From NCBI GenBank assembly GCA_964016885.1, contig OZ024741.1, positions 318,742,001 to 318,806,000 of the forward strand: a DNA stretch of 64,000 nt, written 5' to 3'. The notes beneath the pieces were generated by a model that was given only the letters and a program-made list of their open reading frames with translations, was not told the DNA's origin and searched no databases. The position numbers were made by a program, and so were the translations under genes. Below, one piece after another: positions 59,641 through 64,000 of this stretch. Each line of letters starts with the position of its first letter. The first letter of the stretch is position 1. This stretch comes from Eledone cirrhosa (taxonomy: Eukaryota).

Positions 59641-60969
59641 TATAGGGGGGTTTGGGCTTCCTCTCGCCATTTTCATTGTTGCCATCTCTACCATCAGCCA
59701 ATAACACTTGGAATGGACCCCCGTCTGTTTCGACGATGAGTGTTCCAGTTGTTCAATCACCTGAAGAGCTTCCTCGTGAAATTAACGTGTACGTAGCTGA
59801 ACCTACCAAAGATACGTGTTCTTTTAACATAATTCTCAGGAAAATTCAGCATGACAGTGTGGGAATTACAGATACAGTTTCTTTTGTATTATAGTGATGT
59901 AACTGAGCATACCAAAGACACGTTTACCTTTAACGTGATTCTCAAGAAAATTTGGCGTGACACAATGTGGGACAAAGCCAGTCCTTTAAATTACAAGTAC
60001 AATCCATTCGACGGACTTTTGATTAGTTTCCCTCTACACCATTTCATTCACAAGTCATGGGGCTATAGTAAATGACACTTGCCTAAGAAGCCAAGCAGTG
60101 GGATCGAACCTGAGACCTAATAATTGCGAAGCCAAGCTGCATTCACTCCAATAACACTAACAATTATATGCACTATGGATATGAAAGATTGAATCATCAG
60201 CGATGTTTAAGTGTTGAAATAAATGTTTCGGTATTCGTTCCGGGTTGAAGTTCTGCCAAAGTCAACATTACCTTTCGTCCTTTCGAAGCCGATAAATAAG
60301 TATCAGTCGAGGATTGGTTCAATTTAATAAAACAGCCCAGCTGCTTGATCAATTGTGGGAATGTGAAGATAACATGAAGTGGGGTGGGTAAAGAAGAGTC
60401 TGAATTACGGGGACCTTTAGATAGACATCTTGTTTGAGGACCTTCGCCTGTTTCGACAATGAGTGTTCCAGTTGTTTGATCAACACAACAACCTACTCGT
60501 GAAATGAACGTGCAGATGTCTAGTACTTGTAACTTTATCGTAGTTATCATGAAGATTCAGAGGAAGACACTGTATCACAAGACTGACCCTGTGAATTACA
60601 GATACAAGTCATTTTTTTTTCAGCTGAGTATACAGAAACAACGTAAAATATAGTATCCTGATCAAGGACACATCGCAAAACCATTAATCGAACTCTACGA
60701 CCGTGAGCCGAACACCCTAACCACTAAGCCACGCAACCTTCCCGTTTAATTACTATTTAGCCTACATGAAGATATTCTGAATAAAGTAAATATATTTAGC
60801 AGGTCACGTAATTGAGAGCTTTTCATAGATAGATGCACGAGTGATAGAGTTATTACTATACTGGTTTATATACAATTGAACTAACAAACTGAAATATACG
60901 ATTTGCACTTATGCGGTGGTGTTGCAGTTTACGTTGTGTAAGCCCTCACATAACACGCTCAAAAGCGTA

Positions 60970-61093
<124 letters not shown>

Positions 61094-61259
61094 GAGAGAG
61101 AAGTAGTACACTGGAAGGTAATATCCGTAGTGGCAGAGCACTCAGTCCATAGGACGAGTTAGGTAGAAGTGGTTACACAACAGTTAGCATTATGAGCTGA
61201 GGATCCGCTAAGGTGAAACAATTGTTCTCGGTATGGTGAACTAACTGTTGTGTAACCTG

Positions 61260-61572
<313 letters not shown>

Positions 61573-61590
61573 ATATATATATATATATAT

Positions 61591-61762
61591 AATATAGAAA
61601 AGGCTTGTACAGGACTTCGGGAGGAATCATCAGGGCTTCCTGATGATTTCTCCCAAATTAAACAGTTCTAGTCCTGTAGAAGCCTTTTCTATATTAAAAA
61701 TGTATACTCTGCTATGTATTGAGTGCCTTGCTTACTGTGGTTACCCCCGACTGAACCCGCAC
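61591..61762 (+). mobile_element. HHR family A fold-back element (HHR 61634-61684, GAAA changed to TAAA)
   Basis: GGCTTC-CTGATGA-tttctcccaaat-TAAA-CAGttctagtcCTG-TA-GAAGCC plus tail. Confidence 0.85.
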
Positions 61763-61886
<124 letters not shown>

Positions 61887-61932
61887 GAGAGGTATAGAGA
61901 TTGTTTTAGCGAGAAGCTAACAGCATTCTATA

Positions 61933-61966
<34 letters not shown>

Positions 61967-61998
61967 CCATTACTACATCTAGGATAATCCTATACCTA

Positions 61999-62455
<457 letters not shown>

Positions 62456-62495
62456 GGAAGCATCTTAGCTACCATCTAACATATACACACACACA

Positions 62496-62562
<67 letters not shown>

Positions 62563-63189
62563 GAAATGTATAGAAATTATTGTAGCAAGAAGCCAACAGT
62601 ATTCCATAATATATAAGTGACTATAGCGTCAAAATAGGAAAATAGTTAACGTAAGATGTGGGAAAAATAATTCAAACTCAATTCAAAAAGAATCAGGATA
62701 TAGATTTATCCAACAGAATTTAGTGAAATCCAGGGAAAACTCAATAGAGCCTTAACTCATGATAAAACAAAGTTTAAAATACTCATCCTTCAATTTGGAA
62801 CAACTACAAATGCTCTGTATAGTCTTGAAAAGACTATTTCACGAAAACTTTCAGTGACGATGGACACGGTTGGAATCCGATCGTCAGCAGAGCTCAACAT
62901 GATAACCAAAATCTCACTGATTAATATGCCAAAAAGGGAATTTAAAAGCAGGCTAGTTTAACATCATGCGTGATTATGAAAATAAAACGCACATGTGGAA
63001 AAAAACAGCCGGTTGAGCACTCTATGCTCTTACAGAGCAGAGTATGATAGAATATAAAACGAAAAATCAGTGATGCATCTGAACTCAATTTATTGTGTGT
63101 TGCAATTGTTTCCCCGGCGGACAGCTCGAGACGCGATCATTGAGTGGATCTATCTGATTATATATATTTGTGCGTGTGTGTATATGTTA

Positions 63190-63548
63190 GATGTGTAATA
63201 ACAACAGTTACAGGCGGCACGCCGTTCGAAGCACTCGATGCTGTTACGAGGTCCGTTTCGTTAAGGTGTATTCCAGTGTTACGGTTGTAGTGTGCAGAGT
63301 GTAAATAGATTTACAAGAGTTGAAGTCAGTGTTGCAGCATATGTACAAATTTTATTTGCATATTACAATTGTCTCGATATCGATCAGTGCATTTGCACTT
63401 ATCAGCTCGCATATCTGACGAGATGTCGAAAAAGAGTCGGGCCCCGTCACCTTGATTGCACACTGAGCTGATAGATATTGAAACAATTGTAATATGCAAA
63501 TAACGTTTGTACATATGCTGTAACACTAACTTCGACTCTTTTAAATCT
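63190..63548. mobile_element. Fold-back HHR element (arms about 63307-63385 and 63465-63548)
   Basis: Inverted arms plus a minus-strand tail carrying ACTC...GAGTGC. Confidence 0.8.
63409..63497 (+). ncRNA. Hammerhead ribozyme with long stem II
   Basis: GCATAT-CTGACGA-GATGTC...GATATT-GAAA-CAATTG-TA-ATATGC. Confidence 0.75.
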
Positions 63549-63557
63549 CTCTCTATA

Positions 63558-63588
<31 letters not shown>

Positions 63589-64000
63589 TTCTAGATCTAG
63601 CTGTCGTCTGTTCTACAGTGTGGATGTCATTCACTTCGCACAGAAGTTTTGTTCAAATTTATTGAGGAAATTTTGTGAGTTCAAACTTAATTTTGATACA
63701 ATTGTGTAGCTTGACCCTCCGTCTGAACTGTCAGGCGGTGGGTTAGCTCATCTTTACCCCTCCTAGAGGTGAAAAACCTGTTTTAAAAAATTTTGTGTAA
63801 AAAATTTCAATCGTCTAACAGAAATGTTAAACGCAGCGAACGAAAATAGTGGTGGGGGGACAGCGGTAAGAGTTGTAAGCTCGCACGCTTTAGTCCTCCC
63901 TTCCTTCCCAACTAACGTCATAGAGAAGGAAGGAAAAATTAAAATAAAAACAGACGAATCTGCGGAGAAAAAATTAAATGACGAAAACACAAATCTGGAC

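Noticed and set aside
59755-59795. CTGAAGA...GAAA
   Set aside because: Stems do not close; lies in a SINE-like repeat whose other copies lack the motif
62845-62895. Minus CTGACGA...GAAA
   Set aside because: The core itself is sequestered in a TGACGAT/ATCGTCA hairpin; no stem I

Overview
AT-rich, microsatellite-saturated eukaryotic (animal) non-coding DNA. The repeat complement (Nin/Deu-domain tRNA SINEs, RTE, R4/Dong and CR1 LINE relics, very long (TA)n/(TACA)n/(CA)n/(GA)n tracts) suggests a cephalopod such as Octopus; this is inference. Almost all ORFs in the supplied track are microsatellite artefacts. No intact host gene is visible, only 2-3 weak candidate exons. The main hidden structure is a dense population of Penelope-like retroelement (PLE) derivatives. 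I read about 18 complete, degenerate or partial type-I hammerhead ribozyme (HHR) motifs (CTGANGA-stemII-GAAA-stemIII-TH) from at least 8 sequence-distinct families. Most sit in or beside (TA)n tracts, and many are fold-back palindromes. One copy still carries a GIY-YIG endonuclease remnant inside ~690-bp inverted repeats. One short family has five copies, each folded back exactly on an HHR hairpin, and two of them show the loop in opposite (flip/flop) orientations. Many of these families share an ACTC...GAGTRC 3' stem. A second system links (TGTA)n-tailed RTE and bipartite RTE elements with R4/Dong fragments inserted in (TACA)n. All structures were read by eye; no folding or database search was run.
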